Shown here: positions 53,960-63,776 of the stretch, piece after piece | How the letters are laid out: every line of letters starts with the position of its first letter | Position numbering within the stretch: position 1 is the first letter of the stretch | NCBI GenBank assembly: GCA_017450485.1 | Contig: JAFSTN010000044.1 | Location: 72,792 to 136,791 of the forward strand | Direction of reading: 5' to 3' | Length of the DNA stretch: 64,000 nt | DNA from: Lachnospiraceae bacterium | GTDB lineage: Bacteria > Bacillota > Clostridia > Lachnospirales > Lachnospiraceae | Notes under the pieces: model-generated | Told to the model about the DNA's origin: nothing | Databases searched by the model: none | The model's input: the letters and a program-made list of their open reading frames with translations, nothing else | Made by a program: the position numbers and the translations under genes

Positions 53960-55596
53960 TCAAAAATCATACCACACCACACACCCACACTCAAAACACG
54001 CTTGTGGTATTCCATGATGGCGATACTCTCGTCATACATATACATCGGGGTATTCACATCCTGATAACCGACGATCAGTTCACCGGATGATCTTAAGCCG
54101 GCTGCTTCATCCTCAGTCAGATACAACGGCTCCATGCCGAAAGACTCTCCGGCTTCATCCTGCTCTCTATCGGCATATAATGCATGAGGCGGATCGGTAG
54201 CCAGTACGTAGGCGGATGAAGCGATGCAACCGACTACCGCACCCAACACCAATGACAGCAGAAACTTTGTGACCCCTGCCTTTGTATAGACATCCGGTTG
54301 AGGCTTTTCGGTCGTATCAGAGTCATCCGTAACTGTCTGGTCGCCTCTGCAACCCACAGCTCGGGTTTGAGCTTCGTCAGTGGATCCCACACGAGCCGTC
54401 TGCCATTCAGCCATCATCCGATACAGTGCCATACCCATAAATACATACACGAAGTTCTTGAATCCGAGATTATACAGGAAGGGCTCCCATATTCCGGCGA
54501 AAAGCACGCCCATCAACACCGCCAGCTCTGCCATATGCGCAGCCTTCAGTTCCCTGTGTATATACACCATGGTGATCACACTTATCACTGCAAATGCGAT
54601 CAGTCCCAGCTGCAGGAAAAGATAAAGCTGAGCCATATCAATTCCGTACGTACGATATTCCGGATCAGGATTAGCCAGTCTGATCCCCCACAGAGACATG
54701 CGGTTATGAGACCAGAAATATCTCGCGATAGTATACCTGGTGGTAAAAAGCGTACGATCCACAAACTCAAAAATCGAATCCGGAACTATATGCGGAAGCA
54801 CGATTGCCAGGAAGCACACAAATGGGAATGATACATAGCAGACGATCCGTTCAAACAGCCCCGGAGTACGTCTGATATAGAACCAAAGATTAACGATCAG
54901 ATAAGCAGTCGTCGCAAGCAACCCCGTTCGACTGCCGGAGTACCGGAAAACATATAAGTTAAAAAGAAATACAACTGATGAAGCAATCACGAGATACAGA
55001 AGACCATACAGATTGGAGGTTTCTATTTCAGATACACTTCCGCCGGTCGATTCGATACTCCGTCTATGAGTCACCAGATACGTCACAAGATATATCACCA
55101 GCATGCTCAGCATCAGTACATTCATATGCAGAGTGTTGGGATGAGCATATCCGAGTGCATGACGAAACATAAGTCCCGCTCCTGATCTGATCTGAGGCCA
55201 ATACCGCTCCGGCATAAGCCCGAATACCCCTGTGACTATACGTCCGAATATACACACTGCCGCTACCAGAGCACCGCAACTGAGAGCCTTGATATGGTCC
55301 ACGCCTTTCATACCCAGCAGTGTAGCAAAGCACACTATCAATCCGGCTTCTCCGGTATGCCGGTATACTATCACGGCTACACCCATAAGCACGACTGCAA
55401 CCGTGTATTCCTTCCATGTATGCGGTGTAACGATCATCTTGCATACGAATAACAGCATCGCGAACACAAACACGATACTGTATGTTTTCATGCCTTCATA
55501 CATTCCTATGGCACGTGCTGCCATCATGACGGTGAAGTATATGATATATATGATCTCACCTATGCGGGATCTTTTTTCGATCATCTCTCCGCTCAT
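53908..55596 (-). CDS. Large polytopic membrane protein, O-antigen polymerase/ligase-like (Wzy_C-like) candidate
   Basis: 562 aa with more than 10 TM segments. The loop RHALGYAHPNTLHMNVL resembles the conserved loop of O-antigen ligase/polymerase-type proteins. The call is tentative. Confidence 0.35.
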   Translation of the reverse strand: MSGEMIEKRSRIGEIIYIIYFTVMMAARAIGMYEGMKTYSIVFVFAMLLFVCKMIVTPHTWKEYTVAVVLMGVAVIVYRHTGEAGLIVCFATLLGMKGVDHIKALSCGALVAAVCIFGRIVTGVFGLMPERYWPQIRSGAGLMFRHALGYAHPNTLHMNVLMLSMLVIYLVTYLVTHRRSIESTGGSVSEIETSNLYGLLYLVIASSVVFLFNLYVFRYSGSRTGLLATTAYLIVNLWFYIRRTPGLFERIVCYVSFPFVCFLAIVLPHIVPDSIFEFVDRTLFTTRYTIARYFWSHNRMSLWGIRLANPDPEYRTYGIDMAQLYLFLQLGLIAFAVISVITMVYIHRELKAAHMAELAVLMGVLFAGIWEPFLYNLGFKNFVYVFMGMALYRMMAEWQTARVGSTDEAQTRAVGCRGDQTVTDDSDTTEKPQPDVYTKAGVTKFLLSLVLGAVVGCIASSAYVLATDPPHALYADREQDEAGESFGMEPLYLTEDEAAGLRSSGELIVGYQDVNTPMYMYDESIAIMEYHKRVLSVGVWCGMIFECGLVIIYLRRFLFCRK

Positions 55597-55603
55597 AAGA
55601 TAA

Positions 55604-57184
55604 TCATGTGTCCTCTTGTCGTTCCGCAGCTACTGTATACGCGGGTTCATACAATCCCATAGCTATCGTGATCGGACACACGAGGAAGCTGACAAAGAAG
55701 AACCTCGCATCATGTCCCGACAGCAGGAGCATAGTTCCGAAGTCATACGCTAATATCGGAAGACATATCAATACACGCTTCCAGCTCGCTGCAGATGTCC
55801 AACGCAGCCTCGAGAGTATCACAATGATAACAAGCAGTATTCCGAATCCCAGCTTGCGGAAGAAGTTCCAGCCTCTCAGTTTCAATGCGGCAGCATACTT
55901 ATCAAACAGGCTTCCCAACTTCCAGACGCCGTTATAATCCAACCCTAATTCATTCTCAATGATACGGTTCTTCATGATATCGATATCAGCCTTATCCTGG
56001 ATATCGATTCCGTATACGAAGTCTGTCAGGGCGAAGATCGCATCCATCGAAGCCTGCGGAGACTGCACCATACACCTGGCTGCCATCGAAACGATCCTGC
56101 CTGCACCTGCCTCCTCTACAACCCCCGGATTCCAGGCACCACCATACTTCATCAGGTTGAAATTGCCGCGGTTATATCTCTCTTCCCAAACTTCACGCGG
56201 CGCATATGAATATGCAAAATCCACTATATCCTGATCGATGACTTCCGGAGTCTCCTTCACGGCATTGCCTATGATCGACATCGGGAAACCAACAGTCTGA
56301 ACCACATCTGTTTTGGATATATGTGCATTGAGCCCGTGGTAAACAGGTCCCTGTATCACTATCATTGTCAATGCAAAACCGGCTGCGATCACGATCCACT
56401 GTCTGAACTTGACATTAAATAACAGCGCGAGCAGAATCATCCCCGTAAGCAGTACACCGTTGTATCTGAAAAGTGTAGCATTGGTCAGCATGAATCCCAG
56501 GAGTGCACACTTATACCATTTGCCGGACCACTCTCCGCCGCTGAAAAATATCTGCGCCGTCATCGCCATAGCCAGAGTACCCGCTGTCGCAAAAGGAACG
56601 TCCTTAAAAGGGAATAACAGAATAAATCCCGTAAAAGGATTGAGCATCACATATGACGCAGCAATCACGGCATATACCATGCCTATATACCGATACAGCA
56701 CCATGAACATATATCCCACGCTGATCGAGAAGCATATCATCTGAAAAACGACCACACTCTCCGCACGTCCCGTCAGCTTATAAGGCAGGGTAAAGAACAC
56801 GAGTGTATGCCATATCGGATGCCAGCTGTCATACTCACCTGAAATGGCCTGCTTCAGCTGGGCGATATTATCCTGCTCGTATGACCCCGGCCTGAAAGCA
56901 ATAAACCAGACCGCAGTGATCACCAGACAGATAAGCGTACTGATCAGAAACGCCATCACACACTGTCTGTCCGTCACGTCACTTTGTCTCCCCAGCCTGA
57001 TCCGCCCGGCATACTCCAGAAGGAAATGCGCAACAAAGAAAAACAGAACAAGCCCAACAATAATGATCCCGGCCAGATAAAGCTTGTTATGCGTAACGTA
57101 GAGAAAGATCGAAGCGATACAGATCAGCACCAGATACAGTGCAAGTATGATTTTGTTTGCGGTTATCTTAATTCCCTTGATCAT
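55604..57184 (-). CDS. Large polytopic membrane protein, candidate GT-C-type glycosyltransferase
   Basis: 526 aa and about 12 TM segments plus a ~120-aa external domain. The first loop is PGSYEQDNIAQLKQAISGEYDSWHP. No family could be assigned by eye. Confidence 0.35.
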   Translation of the reverse strand: MIKGIKITANKIILALYLVLICIASIFLYVTHNKLYLAGIIIVGLVLFFFVAHFLLEYAGRIRLGRQSDVTDRQCVMAFLISTLICLVITAVWFIAFRPGSYEQDNIAQLKQAISGEYDSWHPIWHTLVFFTLPYKLTGRAESVVVFQMICFSISVGYMFMVLYRYIGMVYAVIAASYVMLNPFTGFILLFPFKDVPFATAGTLAMAMTAQIFFSGGEWSGKWYKCALLGFMLTNATLFRYNGVLLTGMILLALLFNVKFRQWIVIAAGFALTMIVIQGPVYHGLNAHISKTDVVQTVGFPMSIIGNAVKETPEVIDQDIVDFAYSYAPREVWEERYNRGNFNLMKYGGAWNPGVVEEAGAGRIVSMAARCMVQSPQASMDAIFALTDFVYGIDIQDKADIDIMKNRIIENELGLDYNGVWKLGSLFDKYAAALKLRGWNFFRKLGFGILLVIIVILSRLRWTSAASWKRVLICLPILAYDFGTMLLLSGHDARFFFVSFLVCPITIAMGLYEPAYTVAAERQEDT

Positions 57185-57224
57185 ATGACACTCATAATCC
57201 TATCAACTGCATGGAATCCGAATC

Positions 57225-58121
57225 CTATCGTCTGCGCAGGATCCGGTGAAAAACATAAGCTGCTGCCAGATATATCCGGTTATACATTTCCGCACACCAT
57301 AACAATACAAGTCCGGGCAGCGAATAATAACGACGGCAAAGATACTTGCGTGACTCATAGCTGTTCCTCGTCAGCAGAACCTTCTCCCGGAATGTCAACT
57401 CCGAATCGTCCGGTGCCTGATGGTCGTGACAGTATCCCGCATCCTCTGCTATCAGCACAATATAGCCGGCTTCTTTAAGTCTGATACCCAGCGATATCTC
57501 CTCACCATACAGAAATATATTCTCATCAAAAAAACCGATCTTACGCAGAGAGTCTGTTGTGGCCAAAAAGAAACATCCCGCAACACATTCCGTGCGTATA
57601 AGCCCGGGCTCGATACGATCAAACACGGGATCCCCTGCATACCTTCGGCTGTGTATGAGCTGTGTCTCCGCCAGCCCCCATACTCCGGGAATATTCCATC
57701 CTGAACGCTTCAGATCGGCATGACCTTCACTGTCCAGGATCGCACCACCGATCAATGCATAGCGTTCATCCGCGCACAAACGGTCAACCATCATGGGGAT
57801 CATATCGCGATCAGATATGATCACGTCCGGGTTCAGTATTCCTGCTACCTCGGCGCCGTATCGGTCGATAGCATATCTGATGCCGAAGTTATTACCTGCC
57901 CCATATCCGCCGTTTCTGTCAGACCTGATCACATCTACCTCAGACTCAGAGTAGCGGTCACACAACCGCTCATATGATCCGTCGGGTGAGCAGTTATCCA
58001 CTACGATGATACGGCATCCGAGATCAAATGCTGCCAATCCGTCGACACATCGCACGGTCATATCATATGAGTTATAATTCAGCACTATGAGCGCGACCCT
58101 GCTCATATCACACATCTTCAT
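57225..58121 (-). CDS. Family 2 glycosyltransferase
   Basis: VALIVLNYNSYDMTVRCV, IVVDNCSPDGS and NGGYGAGNNFG are present. Confidence 0.85.
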   Translation of the reverse strand: MKMCDMSRVALIVLNYNSYDMTVRCVDGLAAFDLGCRIIVVDNCSPDGSYERLCDRYSESEVDVIRSDRNGGYGAGNNFGIRYAIDRYGAEVAGILNPDVIISDRDMIPMMVDRLCADERYALIGGAILDSEGHADLKRSGWNIPGVWGLAETQLIHSRRYAGDPVFDRIEPGLIRTECVAGCFFLATTDSLRKIGFFDENIFLYGEEISLGIRLKEAGYIVLIAEDAGYCHDHQAPDDSELTFREKVLLTRNSYESRKYLCRRYYSLPGLVLLWCAEMYNRIYLAAAYVFHRILRRR

Positions 58122-59214
58122 GCCATGTACCCGATACCAGATCGTCGAGATTATGCACGTATCTGTCTATGGAGAAATCTTCCGCCCTGCGATGAGCAGC
58201 CTCGGATATCCGGGACTTCTCTTCTGCCGACATTGAGGATAACCTCAGCAATGCATCGCGAAGCGCTTCTTCATTGCCCTTTTCCAGCAGGAATCCGTCT
58301 ACCTGATCCGTAACGATCTCCGGCATCGCACCACTGATCGCACATACACAGATAAGTCCCGCTGACATTGCCTCGACTACTGCTATGCCGAAGCCCTCCT
58401 CCCAGAAAGGCATATGTATGAATACATCAGCTGTCTGAAGCAGCTCGGGCACATCATCACGACTGCCGAGGAACTCGATCCTTCCATGCTTATCATACTC
58501 TGCTGCGATCTGTTCCAGCGCCTGTCTGTATGGTCCGTCTCCTACAATCCTGTAACGCACATTCACATTTTCATCCAAAGAAGCTATCACTTTGATAACC
58601 ATCTGGACACCCTTTTCCTCGATCAGACGTCCCACGTATATGAGTTCAAGTCTGTCTCCGTCATAAGTTCGCTGCTTATACGGAAACCTGCCCAGATCGG
58701 TACCGTTATATATGGTCCTGATCCTGTCGACCGGAGTATCCAATACGTCGATCAGACTCTGCTTCACGGATTTAGAGATTGCTACCACATCATCCGCCCG
58801 CTTAAGCGAAGCCCTGATCACACTTCTCCTGAGCCACAGCCGCTCCTTCTGATGAATATGGATCATATCGACTGCATTTGATGTGGCATAAGCGATGGTA
58901 TGTATCCCGGGTACATGCTTTTTAGCCCACATCAGACACAGGTGGGACATCGGTGCCGCATGCATAGCGATCAGGGCATCTGCATGCTCCTCGCGGACTA
59001 TCTTCATAACACGGTGTACTGTGGCGATGATATTGCGCTTGGATGCCTGCAGGTTGATCACTCGTATCCCCAGTGCACGCATCTGTTCATCGACATATCC
59101 GTCGCCCCACAGGATCAGCATCAGATTGTCATGCTTTGACCGAAGCGCATAGTCCTTGCATCTGGTCTCGATCCCGCCTATATGACCTGCCGTCATCAAT
59201 GTGATAACTTTCAT
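58108..59214 (-). CDS. GT4-family (GT-B) glycosyltransferase
   Basis: Start taken at ATG 59214 (MKVITLMTAGHIGGIE), with SD AAAGGTGA upstream; the track start is 59247. The C-terminal region is FWEEGFGIAVVEAMSAGLICV. Confidence 0.85.
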   Translation of the reverse strand: MKVITLMTAGHIGGIETRCKDYALRSKHDNLMLILWGDGYVDEQMRALGIRVINLQASKRNIIATVHRVMKIVREEHADALIAMHAAPMSHLCLMWAKKHVPGIHTIAYATSNAVDMIHIHQKERLWLRRSVIRASLKRADDVVAISKSVKQSLIDVLDTPVDRIRTIYNGTDLGRFPYKQRTYDGDRLELIYVGRLIEEKGVQMVIKVIASLDENVNVRYRIVGDGPYRQALEQIAAEYDKHGRIEFLGSRDDVPELLQTADVFIHMPFWEEGFGIAVVEAMSAGLICVCAISGAMPEIVTDQVDGFLLEKGNEEALRDALLRLSSMSAEEKSRISEAAHRRAEDFSIDRYVHNLDDLVSGTWHEDV

Positions 59215-59247
59215 GTGATCACCTTTTCCGCTGTCTGCTATCTCCAT

Positions 59248-60123
59248 CTACCTGGCTAAATACTGTACATCGATCACTTCATATCTGTCCGATACCGAAT
59301 ATGTATGGACACCTATAAGTTTCCTGCCCGCTTCACATCTGACGCTCGCAGGTGTGATCTCACGTACCATCTCTCCCGTAAGCGGTTCATCCCTGTGGAA
59401 TTCCACGGAATAACCGTATACGCCCGATGTACTGCGCTGTAAGGGATAGATGGTATGTCCGTCTCTCTTAAGCGGATACCCCGCCATCCTCGACTTAAGT
59501 GTGTACTCTTCTCCTATGGCGCCGAGATCTTCGCCGACGATCTCTCCCGAGGCATCACGATAAATCCTGAACTTCCTGAACCTGGTGTAGAATCCCTCTC
59601 CTTCGCGGTGCTCTGATGTCCAAAATGTGATGCTCTCGGACGACTGCGATTCCACTACGGTATCCACGAGTTTCATGCCATCCATTATGCGCGCGGCATG
59701 TTCCCATTTGTCAGGGAAAGAAACACACCTGTAGAGATTGATCGCACGGTCCATCGAAGTCTCGGGAAGCATATACAACTCTCCCTGCCACTCAAAACAC
59801 ATGGGAAATGACATATGGAAATTCTCTGTGATGACCGGTACAGGATCTGACCACTCTCCATCCGTAATGTCAGAATACACGATCGCTCCAAGCCCCGTAT
59901 GCCTGTCTACACGCTCCATAAAGAGTATGTCTCTGCCATCCCTGTTAAGTATCAGCGGATCCGCATACCAGTAGTCATCAGAATGCGGCAGTATCTTAAA
60001 TGCCTCATCACTTCCGACCGGCCTGATAGCGCATGTGAAGATCGCTTTATACCCGATGAATTTCATGAAACCCAGACGAAGTCCGAGTTTCTTTGCTTTT
60101 CTTATAAAGGTGGAAATATTCAA
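59248..60123 (-). CDS. Hypothetical protein (beta-rich, no TM), coupled to the radical SAM gene
   Basis: 291-aa ORF with no motif I can assign confidently. It overlaps the radical SAM gene stop by 4 nt and abuts the next GT4 gene. Confidence 0.5.
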   Translation of the reverse strand: MNISTFIRKAKKLGLRLGFMKFIGYKAIFTCAIRPVGSDEAFKILPHSDDYWYADPLILNRDGRDILFMERVDRHTGLGAIVYSDITDGEWSDPVPVITENFHMSFPMCFEWQGELYMLPETSMDRAINLYRCVSFPDKWEHAARIMDGMKLVDTVVESQSSESITFWTSEHREGEGFYTRFRKFRIYRDASGEIVGEDLGAIGEEYTLKSRMAGYPLKRDGHTIYPLQRSTSGVYGYSVEFHRDEPLTGEMVREITPASVRCEAGRKLIGVHTYSVSDRYEVIDVQYLAR

Positions 60124-61142
60124 TGTGATACCTCTGCCACAAGGGGCGTGATGAACTTATTCTCAGAGAGTGAATAGCCGCGCTTAATGAACTTATGTAC
60201 GAATACCCACCATGCCGGGATCCAGATGTATCGATGCATTGCCGGTGAAGCCGAGCCGATCATCCAGCAGTTGCGGTCGCATTTACGTGTACACTCTCTG
60301 ACGTGCTCGGCCTGAGATGAATTCCAGAGCACATCCCAGTCAGTATCTCTTAAGTTACCCATCACTGCTTTAGCGGCCATGCCGTTACACGGGATCACGT
60401 CACAGAACGGATCGATGAAGAAAGCATCCTTACTCATATCGCAAGGCAGAAGCCTCTTATTTCCGTAGATATAATTGATCAGTCCGTGATTGAAGTATGC
60501 GCGGAACCACTTCTTGGGTGACTTGCTCTTAAGAAGCTCATTGATCAGCTTCTCGAAGTTCTGAGCGACCTTATACTTATCCTCGATCTTATTGTCGGTC
60601 TTACGGAAGTAAAAAGAATTATGTAGAGTGGCCGTGGCGAACTCCATGCCGAGTCCGTTCGCGATCTCATACAGCGGCACCAGATCCTCGCAGTTCATGT
60701 CCTGAACCGTCATACCGAATCCCACATCCGGGTGTCCCATCTCGACCAGCGTCTTAAGAGTGGTATATCCTCTCTCAAATCCGTTCGGTATGCCGCGGAT
60801 CGCGTCGTTTGTCGCCTGCAGTCCCTCGATGCTGATGCGTATGCCGACCTTCGGAAATTCCTTGCACAGTGCAATGATCCGGTCAGTGAAGTATCCGTTG
60901 GTAGATATAACGATCCGATCCGACTTCTTATACAGTTCACGGACAATCTCAGGCATATCCTGTCTGATGAACGGTTCGCCGCCTGTGATATTGGTAAAGG
61001 CCATTTCAGGCAGCTTACGGATCACATCCAGTGATATCTCATCCTCGGGACGCGTAGGGTCCTTGAAGCAATCGCACATATTGCATCTGGCATTGCATCT
61101 GTATGTGACTATGACTGTACCGTATAGTGTTCTGCGTGACAT
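60120..61142 (-). CDS. Radical SAM enzyme with C-terminal Cys-rich (SPASM/twitch-like) extension
   Basis: CNARCNMC (CxxxCxxC) lies near the N-terminus. The C-terminal region carries additional Cys clusters (CDMS...CDVIPC...CTRKCDRNC). Confidence 0.8.
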   Translation of the reverse strand: MSRRTLYGTVIVTYRCNARCNMCDCFKDPTRPEDEISLDVIRKLPEMAFTNITGGEPFIRQDMPEIVRELYKKSDRIVISTNGYFTDRIIALCKEFPKVGIRISIEGLQATNDAIRGIPNGFERGYTTLKTLVEMGHPDVGFGMTVQDMNCEDLVPLYEIANGLGMEFATATLHNSFYFRKTDNKIEDKYKVAQNFEKLINELLKSKSPKKWFRAYFNHGLINYIYGNKRLLPCDMSKDAFFIDPFCDVIPCNGMAAKAVMGNLRDTDWDVLWNSSQAEHVRECTRKCDRNCWMIGSASPAMHRYIWIPAWWVFVHKFIKRGYSLSENKFITPLVAEVSH

Positions 61143-61148
61143 AATGTT

Positions 61149-63776
61149 CTATCTCCCGATTGAATTATATACTTTTTCCGTCTGATCAACCATCGCACCC
61201 CAGCTGTATCTGTTACAGATATGATCGGCGCTTCCGGCGCGGATGCTCTCAACTCCGGCAGGATCCGATATCAGCGCTTTCAGCTTATCACTAAGATCCT
61301 CCGTATCTCCGTGTCTGAAAGTCACGCACATCTCTCCCATGACCTCGGTATTCTCTGGTATATCACTGATCAGACAGCAGTTGCCGTACGATGCCGCCTC
61401 CAGCAGACTCAGTGCCATGCCCTCGATATCGGAAGGCAGCACATAGATGTATGCGTTCGAGTAGAGTTCCTCGAGCAGCCGTCCCTCCACAAACCCGGTC
61501 ATGATGATCCGGTCATCGCCTGCTGCCATCTCGCGCAGCCTGCTCTCGTATTCATCGGCTGATCCGCTTCCTCCTGCAATCACGAGCTTCATATCGGTAT
61601 CCAGCTGTTTGTATGCTTCTATCAGATAGTGAGCACCTTTCTCAGGGACAAGACGAGCGAGGAAAAGAATATAATCCCTGCCATTCAAACCATACCTCGC
61701 ACGTATCATATCCGCTTCGATGTTCTCATGACGATCAACACCGTTCGGAATATAGATAGTCTTGCGACCATATGTCTGCTCGAAATACTCACGTACATTC
61801 TCAGATAGTACTATGATCTCATCGGCATGTTTAACCGCCTGTTTCTCTCCGTGCATGATCGCACGGGATGCGAGATTGCCCCACTTCGCTCTCTGCCAGT
61901 CCAGACCGTGAACAGTGACCACGATATGCCTGCGGAACATCTTCAGAAGCCACAGCATCGCGCAGGGACCTTCCGCGTGATAATGATATATATCGAAGTG
62001 TCCGAAGAGTGCCCGTATCGTAGCGAGGTATGCATAGACGATCGCATTGTATCCGCTGCTGATCGGAGCGGGGATCGTACGTATCCTGACACCGCGATAG
62101 TACTGTCTGTCACCGCGACCATACTCTGCCTCATACTCACTCGTCCCACGCTTATAGAGTCGGCGATTATACGCCTCCACATCATGCCCGCGGGCTGCCA
62201 GTTCGGTAGCAAGCTTATCCACGACGATCTCTACACCACCCTGTCTGGAAGGGATAGACTTGTGCCCTATCATGACTATATTCATCGGGCGTTCAGCAGC
62301 AACTTCTGCGATGATCCGGTTTCTGTGTTTTAGCCTCTCCGGTATCATGTACATGAAGAACTTGAAGTTCGTGACCACGTACCGCTTAATGAGACGTCCC
62401 GGATCCTGCAGCAGTCTGTAGAACCACTCGAGACCTATCTTCTGTATCCATACCGGAGCACGACGGATAGTCCCCGCGTGGAAGTCAAATCCGGCTCCTA
62501 CACCCATCATCACGCCCCGCACTCTGCCGGCATGATCATGCATCCATTTCTCCTGCTTGGGAGCACCCAATCCAACCCAGACGATATCCGCACCGGATTC
62601 TTTGATACGCGCCGTGTCGGCTTCATCCTCCTCGGGAGTCAGCTCTCTGAACGGCGGCGAATACATGCCGCATATCTTTATATCCGGGTACTTTTTCTTA
62701 AGCGCCGTTTCAAGCGCTGACAGCGTCTCGGGTTTAGAGCCGTAGAAATAGTGTCCCACGGAGCCGTCAGCCGTATCACGAAATACATGATCCATGAAAT
62801 CAGGCCCCGCTACTCTCTCTACACCTGTGAGACCGGCACGGATCTGAAGCTGCGCTATGGGGTTGCCGTCGGGAAATGTGATGGCAGACGAATTCAGGAC
62901 CTCACGATAGTCCGGGTTCTCACGGGCCATCACGAGAGTATGGACATTGGAGAAGCATACATACTGTCCCGACAGATCCTGCAGATGTCTGAGTATATGG
63001 AGCACCGCTTCCTCAGTCCTTGCGATCGCGTATCTGACGCCGAAAACTTCATACTTCTCACGTCTGATCTCCACGGGGATCGATGCATAGCCTGACACAT
63101 CACCGGCTATACCGCTCCTGACCTCATATCCGGGAATCTGCATAGCCGCATACACACGGGCCCCGGTCGAGCACGCCGCATCAAGCGCCAAAGAATATTC
63201 CTCATCAGATGCCCCTGTCCTGTGTACGAGAATGTCACAAGCCGGCTCATCTCCGCTCAAGCGAGCAGTACTGTCCGCTATCATCCTCTCCAGTTCGTCA
63301 GCCTCAGGGTACGGGTATCTTAATTCCAGGACGCTCCGTGAATCCTTACTGCGTCCCGACTTCAGATATCCATGTCTGATCAGCATCCTGAGCAGATAGT
63401 CATATATGATGCTGAGCACATATACAGCGAAGATAACGAACCTGGATGAGATTTCTCCCTGCTGTGTCGCGTACAGATACAGTACGGTCATGACCATGAC
63501 GATGGTGCGGTCACGCAACACGGCCATCAGGTTTTCCACGGGATCCATCTCGTATACAGACTTACGCCGCATATCTATGGCCAGAAAGACGACCGTCTGG
63601 ATCAGACACATGGATATGATCAGAGCAATGTAGAGTCTGTCAAATATGTCCGATACGGCATCATATCTGATGACAAGCGCAGTAAACGAAGCCACAACGA
63701 GCGAGGCTATATCCGCAGCGTATATTCTTCTTTTGGGATATCTGCCGTAAGACTTGGGAGTTGCCATATCTTTCAT
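61149..63776 (-). CDS. Triple-fusion protein: N-terminal polytopic membrane plus linker domain, WecG/TagA/CpsF (GT26) domain, C-terminal GT4 domain
   Basis: 875 aa. About 4 TM segments occupy the first 130 aa. The GT26 signature is GADIVWVGLGAPKQEKWM...GLEWFYRLLQDPGRL. The GT4 part is IVMIGHKSIPSRQGGVE...DIEGMALSLLEAASYGNCCLISD. Confidence 0.8.
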   Translation of the reverse strand: MKDMATPKSYGRYPKRRIYAADIASLVVASFTALVIRYDAVSDIFDRLYIALIISMCLIQTVVFLAIDMRRKSVYEMDPVENLMAVLRDRTIVMVMTVLYLYATQQGEISSRFVIFAVYVLSIIYDYLLRMLIRHGYLKSGRSKDSRSVLELRYPYPEADELERMIADSTARLSGDEPACDILVHRTGASDEEYSLALDAACSTGARVYAAMQIPGYEVRSGIAGDVSGYASIPVEIRREKYEVFGVRYAIARTEEAVLHILRHLQDLSGQYVCFSNVHTLVMARENPDYREVLNSSAITFPDGNPIAQLQIRAGLTGVERVAGPDFMDHVFRDTADGSVGHYFYGSKPETLSALETALKKKYPDIKICGMYSPPFRELTPEEDEADTARIKESGADIVWVGLGAPKQEKWMHDHAGRVRGVMMGVGAGFDFHAGTIRRAPVWIQKIGLEWFYRLLQDPGRLIKRYVVTNFKFFMYMIPERLKHRNRIIAEVAAERPMNIVMIGHKSIPSRQGGVEIVVDKLATELAARGHDVEAYNRRLYKRGTSEYEAEYGRGDRQYYRGVRIRTIPAPISSGYNAIVYAYLATIRALFGHFDIYHYHAEGPCAMLWLLKMFRRHIVVTVHGLDWQRAKWGNLASRAIMHGEKQAVKHADEIIVLSENVREYFEQTYGRKTIYIPNGVDRHENIEADMIRARYGLNGRDYILFLARLVPEKGAHYLIEAYKQLDTDMKLVIAGGSGSADEYESRLREMAAGDDRIIMTGFVEGRLLEELYSNAYIYVLPSDIEGMALSLLEAASYGNCCLISDIPENTEVMGEMCVTFRHGDTEDLSDKLKALISDPAGVESIRAGSADHICNRYSWGAMVDQTEKVYNSIGR

